A stretch of 64,000 nucleotides of DNA, from assembly GCA_016931715.1 (NCBI GenBank), contig JAFGEF010000107.1, forward strand, positions 21,932-85,931, written 5' to 3'. The notes below the pieces were generated by a model. It was not told where the DNA came from and made no database searches. It was given only the letters and a program-made list of their open reading frames with translations. The first letter of the stretch is position 1; every line of letters begins with the position of its first letter. The translations under genes were made by a program, and so were the position numbers. Below are positions 10,161 to 18,697 of this stretch, piece after piece. This DNA comes from Sedimentisphaerales bacterium (GTDB lineage: Bacteria; Planctomycetota; Phycisphaerae; Sedimentisphaerales; Anaerobacaceae).

Positions 10161-10918
10161 AATGCCTGGTTTTCTTCCCAAAGTCGATTCAGTTCGATCC
10201 TGTCACGCATTGTATCCATACATTTCCAAAAACCTTTATGCTGAAATGCAAACAATTGTTTATCTTTTGCTAATTTTTCCAAAGGTGCCTTTTCAAAAAT
10301 AGTCGCATCTGAATCTTTGATATAATCAAACACAAGCGGCTCACAAACAAAATAACCGCCATTGATCCATGTTCCATCACCAAGAGGTTTTTCTGTAAAC
10401 GATTCAATAAGACCATTTCCTTTCGAATTAACTGAACCAAATCTCCCCTCTGGTTGAACAGAGGTCATTGTTACCGCCCCATCATGAGATTTGTGATAGG
10501 CCAGCAAATCTCTAAGATCAACATCACATAGCCCGTCACCATAAGTGAGCATAAACGTTTCATCTTGTGCAAAGTCTTTCGCTCGAAGGATTCGTCCTCC
10601 CGTCATAGTCTCAATGCCTGTATCCAATAAAGTTACTTTCCATGATTCACTTGTGGTACTGTGCACATTCATTTTATTATTAGAAAGATCAATTGTCACA
10701 CTACTCTGATGAAGAAAATAGTTTGCAAAATATTCTTTTATTAAAAAACCTTTATACCCTAAAAGTATGACAAATTCATTAAAACCATAACAAGAATAAA
10801 TCTTCATTATATGCCAAAGGATAGGTTTACCACCGATCTCAACCATTGGCTTTGGACGCATATCCGTTTCTTCTCCAAGTCGAGTACCCCGGCCACCAGC
10901 TAATATAAATACTTTCAT
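10145..10918 (-). CDS. rfbF: glucose-1-phosphate cytidylyltransferase
   Basis: The N-terminus MKVFILAGGRGTRLGEETDMRPKPMVEIGGKPILWHIMKIYSCYGFNEFVILLGYKG, plus the length of 257 aa, is a classical RfbF pattern. Confidence 0.9.
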   Translation of the reverse strand: MKVFILAGGRGTRLGEETDMRPKPMVEIGGKPILWHIMKIYSCYGFNEFVILLGYKGFLIKEYFANYFLHQSSVTIDLSNNKMNVHSTTSESWKVTLLDTGIETMTGGRILRAKDFAQDETFMLTYGDGLCDVDLRDLLAYHKSHDGAVTMTSVQPEGRFGSVNSKGNGLIESFTEKPLGDGTWINGGYFVCEPLVFDYIKDSDATIFEKAPLEKLAKDKQLFAFQHKGFWKCMDTMRDRIELNRLWEENQALWKRW

Positions 10919-11178
10919 AGCAATTTTTCTCCGGATATCACGAATATAATACTCCTACCATAGATATAAGAATAAAAACCGCTGCTCATAAATAAATCAC
11001 AAATAGAACAACCAAGAAGCTTTTAACTATATCAATGCAAGTTCTAATTGAACAACTTTATAATTCATACTCAACTATGTTATTTCACAGAAATTTAATC
11101 AATAATCTTAGAATAAATAAATTTACTGTTTTTACATTTTATAAATCCGAAAATCAAAATAAAAGATTAATTATTTGA

Positions 11179-12192
11179 TTAACGGTTTTTGTACATTGAT
11201 TCGTAATATTTTTGATAGTCGCCGGATACAACATTTTTCAGCCATTTCTGGTTTTGGATGTACCAGTCAATCGTTTTAATAATGCCTTCCTCGAATTTCA
11301 CCGATGGTTTCCAGCCAAGCTCGTTCATAATTTTTGCCGCGTCAATCGCGTATCTCCTGTCGTGCCCGGGCCTGTCGGTAACAAACTTAATCAGCGATCT
11401 TGGCTTATTCAGACGATTGAGTATAAGACCGACCACTTCCAGGTTCGTCTTCTCATTGCAGCCGCCAATATTATAAATCTCTCCCGGCGGTGCATTTTCC
11501 AAAACTTTCCAAATAGCCGCACAATGGTCATAGACATACAGCCAGTCGCGCACATTCAGGCCGTCGCCGTAAACAGGCAGTTCCTTATCATTAAGAGCGT
11601 TGTTAATCATCAGCGGAATCATCTTTTCAGGAAACTGATATTCGCCATAGTTATTCGAGCATCGTGTAATGTTGTATTTTACGCCCCATGTATGCCCGAA
11701 CGCTCCGACCAGATGATCCGCCGCCGCTTTGCTTGCTGAATAAGGTGAATTCGGACTGAGCGGCGTTTGCTCGGTAAATTTTCCCTGCGGACCAAGCTCA
11801 CCATAAACCTCATCAGTCGATATTTGAATAAAACGTTTAATCTTTTTATCGCGTGCGGCTTCAAGAAGTGTCAAAGTTCCTGCTATATTTGTTTCGATAA
11901 ATATCTTCGGCTCGGTTATTGAACGGTCAACATGACTTTCCGCTGCGAAATTGATTATCGCATCGATTTTATACTCATCGATTATTTTCCCTGTCAACTT
12001 GCCATCACAAATATCACCTTTTATGAATTTATGGTTCTTATGCTCCAAATAACCAGCGAGATTTTCAAGGTTTCCCGCATAGGTAAGCTTATCGAGATTA
12101 ACGACAAAACAATCTTCATTCTCGGAAAGAACCATTCTTACGAAATTGCTTCCGATAAATCCGGCACCGCCTGTAACAAGAATCTTTTTCAT
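11179..12192 (-). CDS. rfbB: dTDP-glucose 4,6-dehydratase
   Basis: Supporting motifs are MKKILVTGGAGFIGSNFV, ISTDEVYG, PYSASKAAADHLV and TDRPGHDRRYAID. The ATG at 12192 forms an ATGA overlap with the rfbD stop. Confidence 0.9.
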   Translation of the reverse strand: MKKILVTGGAGFIGSNFVRMVLSENEDCFVVNLDKLTYAGNLENLAGYLEHKNHKFIKGDICDGKLTGKIIDEYKIDAIINFAAESHVDRSITEPKIFIETNIAGTLTLLEAARDKKIKRFIQISTDEVYGELGPQGKFTEQTPLSPNSPYSASKAAADHLVGAFGHTWGVKYNITRCSNNYGEYQFPEKMIPLMINNALNDKELPVYGDGLNVRDWLYVYDHCAAIWKVLENAPPGEIYNIGGCNEKTNLEVVGLILNRLNKPRSLIKFVTDRPGHDRRYAIDAAKIMNELGWKPSVKFEEGIIKTIDWYIQNQKWLKNVVSGDYQKYYESMYKNR

Positions 12193-13037
12193 AATTTTTT
12201 CAAATATCTTTCCAACATAACCTGCCATGACTCAATTTGCCCGCCGAGCAGGGCTGCTATTTTACTGCAATCGAAGCGGCTGTTCAGCGGCCTGGCCGCC
12301 GGTGTTACATAGTCGCTCGTTTTACATGGCAACAGATTAACATTCATCGAGAGCTTGTCAAATACAAACTTAGCCATCTCATACCGGCTTACATAACCGG
12401 AACTGGCGAAATGAAACAAACCGAGCGGCTTTTTCTCCAGCATCCTGCATATTGCTTTTGAAACTTCCGTTGTAGCAGTCGGTGAGCCTACCTGGTCATC
12501 GACGACTTTTACCGTGTTATTTGTTTTTGCCCGCTGGATTAATTTAGATACGAAATTATTTCCTGCTGAACCGTAGGTCCACTGCACTCGCACAATACAA
12601 TATTTGCAGCCGCTTTGAGCGAGAAGCTGTTCTCCGGCAAGTTTTGTTCTGCCATACTCGCTGATTGGATTCGGCAAGTCGGTTTCGATGTAAGGTTTTT
12701 CCTGCCTGCCGTCAAAAACAAAGTCCGTGCCGATATGCAGCACCCATGTATTATTATCCCCTGCAATTGCACCGAGCCGCCCCGCCGCTTCCGCATTTAC
12801 TTTATATGCCAATTCTTTCTGGCTTTCAGATCCATCGACATTCGTATAAGCGGCGCAGTTTATTACAACATCCGCGTGTTTTATCACTTTTTCGAGCTGC
12901 TTTAAATTTGTAATATCAAATTCAGGCAGGTCAAAAACCTGAACATTAATATTACGCTCATTGCATGTTTTAACAAGGTCTGTCCCAAGCATTCCTTTGC
13001 CGCCGAGAATTACTATACGAGGTTTGTTTAATGTCAT
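12189..13037 (-). CDS. rfbD: dTDP-4-dehydrorhamnose reductase
   Basis: Supporting motifs are IVILGGKGMLGTDL, NCAAYTNVD, YGRTKLAGEQ and VVDDQVGSPT. The start is taken at the internal ATG 13037. Confidence 0.85.
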   Translation of the reverse strand: MTLNKPRIVILGGKGMLGTDLVKTCNERNINVQVFDLPEFDITNLKQLEKVIKHADVVINCAAYTNVDGSESQKELAYKVNAEAAGRLGAIAGDNNTWVLHIGTDFVFDGRQEKPYIETDLPNPISEYGRTKLAGEQLLAQSGCKYCIVRVQWTYGSAGNNFVSKLIQRAKTNNTVKVVDDQVGSPTATTEVSKAICRMLEKKPLGLFHFASSGYVSRYEMAKFVFDKLSMNVNLLPCKTSDYVTPAARPLNSRFDCSKIAALLGGQIESWQVMLERYLKKL

Positions 13038-13050
13038 TAAAAACTCCAGT

Positions 13051-13779
13051 TTATTTTGGCGGATTTTCCAATACCAGCTCATTTGCCTTGCTCAGCGACT
13101 CGAAAGTCCCCGCGTCAGTCCACCAGCCGTCGAGAATGTCAAAAGCAAGCTCTCCCTTTTTAATATAAGCTTCATTAACATGAGTAATCTCGAACTCGCC
13201 GCGGTCCGAAGGTTTTAAAGTCCGTATTATATCGAAAACAGAACTATCGTAGAAATATATCCCTGTTACGGCATAATTCGTTTTCGGATTTTTCGGTTTT
13301 TCTTCTATGCCGACCACCTTATCGCCAACTATCTCGGCAACTCCGAAACGCTGAGGACTTGGCACCTGTTTAAGAAGTATTCTCGCACCCTTTTTATGAG
13401 CGAGGAATTTATTGGAATAATTTTTCAGGCTGTCTTCAAAGATATTGTCCCCAAGGATAACCACAATAGGCTGGTTTTGTGCAAAATTCTCCGCTAAAGC
13501 AAGCGCCTGTGCGATGCCACCCGCCTGGTCCTGAACCTTATATGTGAACCGGCAGCCGAAATTTGTGCCGGAGCCTAAAAGGTTCACAACGTCTCCCATG
13601 TGTTCGAGACCGGTAACAATCAAAATCTCTTCGATACCTATCCCTCTAAGTTTCTCGATAGGATAATAAATCATGGGCTTTTGCCCTACAGGCAGAAGAT
13701 GTTTATTCGTTACCTTAGTCAGCGGCATAAGACGCGAGCCTGTGCCGCCTGCAAGAACCACACCTCTTAAAAGCATCAT
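13051..13779 (-). CDS. rfbA: glucose-1-phosphate thymidylyltransferase-like nucleotidyltransferase (short form)
   Basis: Supporting motifs are GVVLAGGTGSRLMPLTKVTNKHLLPVGQKPMIYYPIEKL and QDQAGGIAQAL. The track start at 13797 is GTG. ATGATG at 13779 follows a GAAAGGGAAA RBS-like run. Confidence 0.8.
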   Translation of the reverse strand: MMLLRGVVLAGGTGSRLMPLTKVTNKHLLPVGQKPMIYYPIEKLRGIGIEEILIVTGLEHMGDVVNLLGSGTNFGCRFTYKVQDQAGGIAQALALAENFAQNQPIVVILGDNIFEDSLKNYSNKFLAHKKGARILLKQVPSPQRFGVAEIVGDKVVGIEEKPKNPKTNYAVTGIYFYDSSVFDIIRTLKPSDRGEFEITHVNEAYIKKGELAFDILDGWWTDAGTFESLSKANELVLENPPK

Positions 13780-13865
13780 TTTCCCTTTCATTTTCACTAT
13801 TGTTAATGTGATTTCCGAAGATTCTATATTATCAGGGCTTCGGTGTCAAATATCACATAGTAAAT

Positions 13866-14981
13866 TTAATCATTATAGAAAATAACATTCTTACCGGTTT
13901 GGTCAGGCTCAAAAATATGAATTTTATTGATATCGATATGAATTTTTACTGTTTGATTTACTCTTAAATCAGTATATGGAATCGTACACAGAATGAGTCT
14001 TTCCCCACTCGAATTACGAAGGTACACGTCAGTTTTGTTCCCCACAGGTTCGACTATCTCCACTATTGCAGTGAGTGTATTATCTTCCTGGTTCGCATAA
14101 GGAATCTGTGAGACATTTTCAGGGCGTATGCCCAAAATCATTTCTTTACCCTGATAGCCATTAAGGCAGGTCATCAACGATTGCGGCAGTATTATAGTAT
14201 TATCGTGCGTTACAAAATGTATTTTACTATTGTCAATCTTTACTTTGCCATCGATAAAATTCATCGGAGGAGTCCCGAAAAAACCTGCAACAAACCTGTT
14301 GACAGGTTTTTCATATATCTCCATCGGCTTGCCTGTCTGCATGATTTTGCCGTTATACATTACACAAACCCGCTCCCCTAATGTCATAGCTTCAACCTGG
14401 TCATGAGTGACATAAACAGTCGTGGTTTTTAACTTTTGATGCAGAGTTTTCAGTTCGGTACGCATAGCCAATCTCATTTTAGCATCAAGATTGCTAAGAG
14501 GCTCATCTAATAAAAATGCAGATGGCTTGCGAACGATAGCTTTGCCTAAAGCAACACGCTGTCTCTGGCCGCCCGATAAAGCATGAGGTTTGCGGCGTAA
14601 TAAATCCTCAATTCCGAGTAGTTTAGCTGTTTCTCTGACACGTTCTTTTATATATTTTCCCGGAAACTTGCGCATCTTTAATGCGAAAGCCATGTTCTGA
14701 AACGCAGTCATATGAGGATATAAAACATAATTCTGGAAAACCATAGCAACATCGCGGTTTTTGGCAGCAGTTTCATTGGCTAAAGTATCCCCGATATAAA
14801 TATTGCCGGAATCTGGCTGCTCCAAACCAGCAATAAGGCGAAGCGTAGTAGTTTTACCGCAGCCGCTCGGACCGACAATCACCATGAAGCAGCCTTCCGG
14901 AATTTCAAGAGTAAAATCAGAAACAGCGGCTGTTTCGCCATCAAATATTTTTGTTATATTTTCCAGTAGGATACGAGTCAT
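13866..14981 (-). CDS. ABC importer ATP-binding protein, MalK/UgpC/FbpC type, with a C-terminal OB/TOBE-like regulatory domain
   Basis: Walker A is GPSGCGKTT, the signature is LSGGQRQRVALGKA and Walker B is FLLDEPLSNLD. The extra C-terminal part of about 130 aa is typical of MalK-like importer NBDs. Confidence 0.85.
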   Translation of the reverse strand: MTRILLENITKIFDGETAAVSDFTLEIPEGCFMVIVGPSGCGKTTTLRLIAGLEQPDSGNIYIGDTLANETAAKNRDVAMVFQNYVLYPHMTAFQNMAFALKMRKFPGKYIKERVRETAKLLGIEDLLRRKPHALSGGQRQRVALGKAIVRKPSAFLLDEPLSNLDAKMRLAMRTELKTLHQKLKTTTVYVTHDQVEAMTLGERVCVMYNGKIMQTGKPMEIYEKPVNRFVAGFFGTPPMNFIDGKVKIDNSKIHFVTHDNTIILPQSLMTCLNGYQGKEMILGIRPENVSQIPYANQEDNTLTAIVEIVEPVGNKTDVYLRNSSGERLILCTIPYTDLRVNQTVKIHIDINKIHIFEPDQTGKNVIFYND

Positions 14982-14986
14982 AATTA

Positions 14987-16777
14987 TCAGAAGATTTTAC
15001 TCCTTAGACGCTTTTTGGCACGCCAGAGTAAAAACAGCGCAAGTATCATATATATACAGAACGAAATACAAAATGCAAACAATGAAACATCTGCACTTTC
15101 CCAGCCATTCGGCCAGGAATACTCCATATTTCCATTCCTCAAATGTATCCGGGTTATTATAGTACTAAATATTATAACAAGAATCTGGATAAAAGGATTT
15201 ACAAAAAAACAAATATTGCTCACTTCACGATCACCTGAAAATTCACCCATTATGCCGAATACTAACGGTATAAATCCCCAAATAAACACGATAAAAACGA
15301 AATTCATAATAACCGCAGTTGTTGTATGCTTAAAAATGGAGCTGAAATACATTCCGCTGCTGCATATTAAAAATACAAACCAAACTACTAATAATATTGT
15401 TAATGGAACAGCAACAGGATGGATGAATCCAATAACAGTGAAAGATAAAACATGTCCAATCAATAAAAGCCAGACAGGCAAACAGCGGCTCAATATGCCA
15501 TAAAGCTTGCCTATAACAATCTGGCTGTCAGTAAGAGTCGAAGTCAATAATAAAGGCCACGAACGAGATTCCTTCTCTGAAGTTATACTGACAGAAGAAA
15601 TAACTATAGTGAAAAGTGCACCTAATCCCATAAATACTAAAGCATATATAGCATGAATATCATCATCATCGAGAGCTTCTTCCTTATAGAAAAACCAATA
15701 TGAGTAGAATAAAACAGACAAAAATAAAATCGCAATTATAATACGATATATTTTCACGCTTCTGCGCAAAGGCAATATCAGCTCTTTCCAGAGGATTGGC
15801 GGCCCGAAAACACTTATCACAGAAGAGTTTGTTCCGGAAACTCTTAACTCTTCTTTGATTGCTTCTTTCTGGCGTGATGAAAACAACTGCCCTGTTGCCT
15901 GACGAAGCGCAACCTTTCGCACCATAATAATTGATAAGAAAATCAGTAATAACGATATAATTAGCATTAATATACAGTTCAATTTGTATAAGACGAAAAA
16001 TGAACTCCCCATACTGCCCGGACTCATCATCGTCATTGTTTCAGCAAAAAAACAAAGATACGGATTCGGCTGGATGAGAATAAATAATAATGTTCCTTCC
16101 GGAACTGTATTATATAATTTGGTTAAAGTAATTATTGAAACATATATAAAAGGCACTAATCCGAAAAATACTAAAAGCGTCAGAATGGTCATAATAATTA
16201 CAATGTAAGCTCGCCGGAAGAAAATCGAGTAGAAAAGACTGAGCGAACTTACCAAAAGAACTGTTGTAAGCGTCAGGCACATGCTGGATGTAATAAAACT
16301 CCATGGCACGCCGCCAAACATCCTGACGATGGCTAATAAAGGCATGCTGATAGCGAGCAGCAAAAGCAATTGAAGCAGTTTGCTTAACAGCTTGCCTATT
16401 ACAATCTGCATGCTCGTTATGGGCGTAGTCATTAACATGCCGAGAGTCTTGTGGTATATTTCATCGCTGATGGAATTACTCAGCATTACAACAGCGATAA
16501 TCTGGGCGGCACAAAACTGAAACCAAACAATATATGTGATGATATATTTTCCAGCCTGCGCCATTCGGGAAACCTGCAGTACATTCGAACCTCGATAGTC
16601 CACAGCCAGAATCCATATGAGCAATAAAATGGTCAGGAGCAGCGAAATATAGGCAAAACGAAGTATATAATTCCGCCGTCTGCGGCTCGATACTCGAAGC
16701 TCCTTATCAAATACAGGGCCAGTCAGCCATGAAAAATTAAGATAACACAATATATAATCTATTACTATTTCAGCCAT
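14987..16777 (-). CDS. ABC-2-type double permease, paralogue P6 (last in transcription order)
   Basis: The conserved N-terminus is TGPVFDKELRVSSRRRRNY. The first-half motif is SISDEIYHKTLGMLMTTPITSMQIVIGKLLSKLLQ. The second-half motif is ITSEKESRSWPLLLTSTLTDSQIVIGKL. It is polytopic. The start is moved to ATG 16777 (MAEIVIDY) by alignment with its paralogues. Confidence 0.7.
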   Translation of the reverse strand: MAEIVIDYILCYLNFSWLTGPVFDKELRVSSRRRRNYILRFAYISLLLTILLLIWILAVDYRGSNVLQVSRMAQAGKYIITYIVWFQFCAAQIIAVVMLSNSISDEIYHKTLGMLMTTPITSMQIVIGKLLSKLLQLLLLLAISMPLLAIVRMFGGVPWSFITSSMCLTLTTVLLVSSLSLFYSIFFRRAYIVIIMTILTLLVFFGLVPFIYVSIITLTKLYNTVPEGTLLFILIQPNPYLCFFAETMTMMSPGSMGSSFFVLYKLNCILMLIISLLLIFLSIIMVRKVALRQATGQLFSSRQKEAIKEELRVSGTNSSVISVFGPPILWKELILPLRRSVKIYRIIIAILFLSVLFYSYWFFYKEEALDDDDIHAIYALVFMGLGALFTIVISSVSITSEKESRSWPLLLTSTLTDSQIVIGKLYGILSRCLPVWLLLIGHVLSFTVIGFIHPVAVPLTILLVVWFVFLICSSGMYFSSIFKHTTTAVIMNFVFIVFIWGFIPLVFGIMGEFSGDREVSNICFFVNPFIQILVIIFSTIITRIHLRNGNMEYSWPNGWESADVSLFAFCISFCIYMILALFLLWRAKKRLRSKIF

Positions 16778-16905
16778 AATTTTCCAAGAACCTCTAACAA
16801 AAAGAATCGTGTCGCGGGCATCTTGCCCGCGAAACATTACCATGATGGTAATGCTGTATCTTAAAAATTCATTTTGTTACAGGCTCCAAAATATTGTTTT
16901 CTTTT

Positions 16906-18693
16906 TTAAAATATATTTTTCCTGAACCTGCATTTGGCTCTCCATGCAAAAACAAGACCAAGAAATGTATATCCGGCAAAACATGCAAGTATCCATGCGG
17001 TTGAAAGAAAGGCGTTGGCGCTGAAGCCTATCCAGCCATAATTTCCAGACGATGTATTCGTATTGGCGCTCATTATCACTACCGCATGAAGAAACGGATT
17101 TGTATCCATATAGACTTCCGCAAAATCCCGTAAATCTGCAATATGCAGAAACTCTCCGAGCATAACAAGAAGTAACGGAATAAAAATCCATATTGCAGCG
17201 GCGAAAATAAAATTTACTATAACCGCGGTAGTTGTATGCTTAAAACATGAGCCGAAATAAGTACCCGTGCAGAAAAGAAATGTCACAATCCAGATTGCCA
17301 ATATTGTTATTTGTATAACAGCCAGCGGGTTAATAATCATACAAAGACTGAAAATAACAATATGTGCGAATAAAAGAATCCAGACAGGAATCAATCGTCT
17401 CAATGTGCCTGCATATTTTCCGAACAGAATCTGCCTGTCATCCAGCGTAGTCATAAGCAGTATAGGCCATGAGCGAGCTTCTTTTTCAGTCGTTATTCCT
17501 GTGGCAGTAAGAATAATAGTGAATAAAGTTCCAAAAATCAGGAACGCCATTACAAAAAGCATGTGAACTTCTCTGTCATCCAATATCCTTTCTCTCGCGC
17601 AAAGCCAGTAAATAAAAATCAGCAGGCTCAATACGAGAAAAATACATATCGCAGAGAATATTTTATGCCGCCCGAACATAGGCATTCTCAGCTCTTTCCA
17701 AATAACAGGCGGATCCTTTACCGTCCTTATTTTTATATCAGGCTCCTGTTCGGCGGCTCCATATTTGGCGTACTTGTTTTTTTTACGTGCCGGCCTAAAT
17801 AACAATTGCCCCGTTGCCTGACGCAGCGCGACCCTGCGAACAAGAATCGTGGAAATTGTCAGAATGACGATAGAAGCCGCGGCTAATATGCCGCAGTTCA
17901 ACTGCCATGAGAAGAATGGAATACGACCAGGATTAGGCTCCAAAAGCTTAATCGTATTGAAAAACATTTGAACATAAGGATTCGGCTGACAGAAAACAGA
18001 AAAGAAAGTATCTTCATCAATTGCCCGATCCCAATTCATCAGATCAATTACAGCAAATGATACTAAAGGTATTACAGCAAAAATTACAATCAAAGCGATT
18101 ATTGTTTCAATTATTACGATATAGGCTCTCTGGGAATAAATCGAAAAGAAAAGACTCAGTGACCCTATAAATATTATAGTCGCCAGCGTAAGACAAAGAC
18201 TGGAAATAATAAAGTTCCATGGCACACCTCCGAATATACGAACGACAGCCAGCAGAGGCAAACTGATAACAAGAAGTAAAATCAGTTGAAGAAGCTTGCT
18301 GAGCAGCTTTCCCATCACAATCTGAAAACTGTTTATCGGCGTGCTCATTAATAAACCAAGTGTTTTATTATATATTTCATCGCTTATAGATGTACTGAGC
18401 ATAATTACCGCTATCAACTGTGTGGCACAAAACTGGAACCAGACTATAAAGGATATTATTGCCTGTCCCGCCTGAGCCATCCTGGATACATAGTACAGAT
18501 TGTATCCGCTTGTCTGAACAACATTTACCCAGAAAAAAAACAAAATAGTTGACAGCAGTGATATGTATGCGAAACGCAGGACATAATTTCTGCGTCTCCG
18601 GCTGGATACTCTCAGCTCCTTATCAAATATAGGTCCCAGCAGCCAAAAGGGATTCAATATTCGCCCGAAAAATTTTATCAAAGCCTCAGCCAT
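16906..18693 (-). CDS. ABC-2-type double permease, paralogue P5
   Basis: Motifs are LGPIFDKELRVSSRRRRNY, SISDEIYNKTLGLLMSTPINSFQIVMGKLLSKLLQ and ITTEKEARSWPILLMTTLDDRQILFGKY. The start is moved to ATG 18693 (MAEALIKFF), 4 nt after the P4 stop. Confidence 0.7.
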   Translation of the reverse strand: MAEALIKFFGRILNPFWLLGPIFDKELRVSSRRRRNYVLRFAYISLLSTILFFFWVNVVQTSGYNLYYVSRMAQAGQAIISFIVWFQFCATQLIAVIMLSTSISDEIYNKTLGLLMSTPINSFQIVMGKLLSKLLQLILLLVISLPLLAVVRIFGGVPWNFIISSLCLTLATIIFIGSLSLFFSIYSQRAYIVIIETIIALIVIFAVIPLVSFAVIDLMNWDRAIDEDTFFSVFCQPNPYVQMFFNTIKLLEPNPGRIPFFSWQLNCGILAAASIVILTISTILVRRVALRQATGQLLFRPARKKNKYAKYGAAEQEPDIKIRTVKDPPVIWKELRMPMFGRHKIFSAICIFLVLSLLIFIYWLCARERILDDREVHMLFVMAFLIFGTLFTIILTATGITTEKEARSWPILLMTTLDDRQILFGKYAGTLRRLIPVWILLFAHIVIFSLCMIINPLAVIQITILAIWIVTFLFCTGTYFGSCFKHTTTAVIVNFIFAAAIWIFIPLLLVMLGEFLHIADLRDFAEVYMDTNPFLHAVVIMSANTNTSSGNYGWIGFSANAFLSTAWILACFAGYTFLGLVFAWRAKCRFRKNIF

Positions 18694-18697
18694 TTTT

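Noticed and set aside
11212-11739. A 175-aa plus-strand ORF inside rfbB, and similar antisense ORFs at 12615-12905, 15015-15503, 26166-26669, 27070-27495, 39312-39722, 40013-40444, 42873-43301, 46710-47258 and 54841-55260.
   Set aside because: All lie entirely within genes that have strong family signatures on the other strand. None shows a recognisable motif or an RBS.
13866-14981. Treating the MalK-type ATPase as a second NBD of the ABC-2 permease array that it abuts (5-nt spacer).
   Set aside because: Its C-terminal OB/TOBE-like extension and its Q-loop/signature context are importer-type (MalK/UgpC/FbpC). ABC-2 exporters use NBDs like the one at 25917-26843. The assignment remains open, as discussed in the split-importer finding.
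16877-17191. Alternative-frame ORFs inside the permease genes (16877-17191 and 20142-20546, among others).
   Set aside because: They overlap the conserved permease frame on the same strand. Their composition is Cys/Arg-rich and they have no independent start signals.
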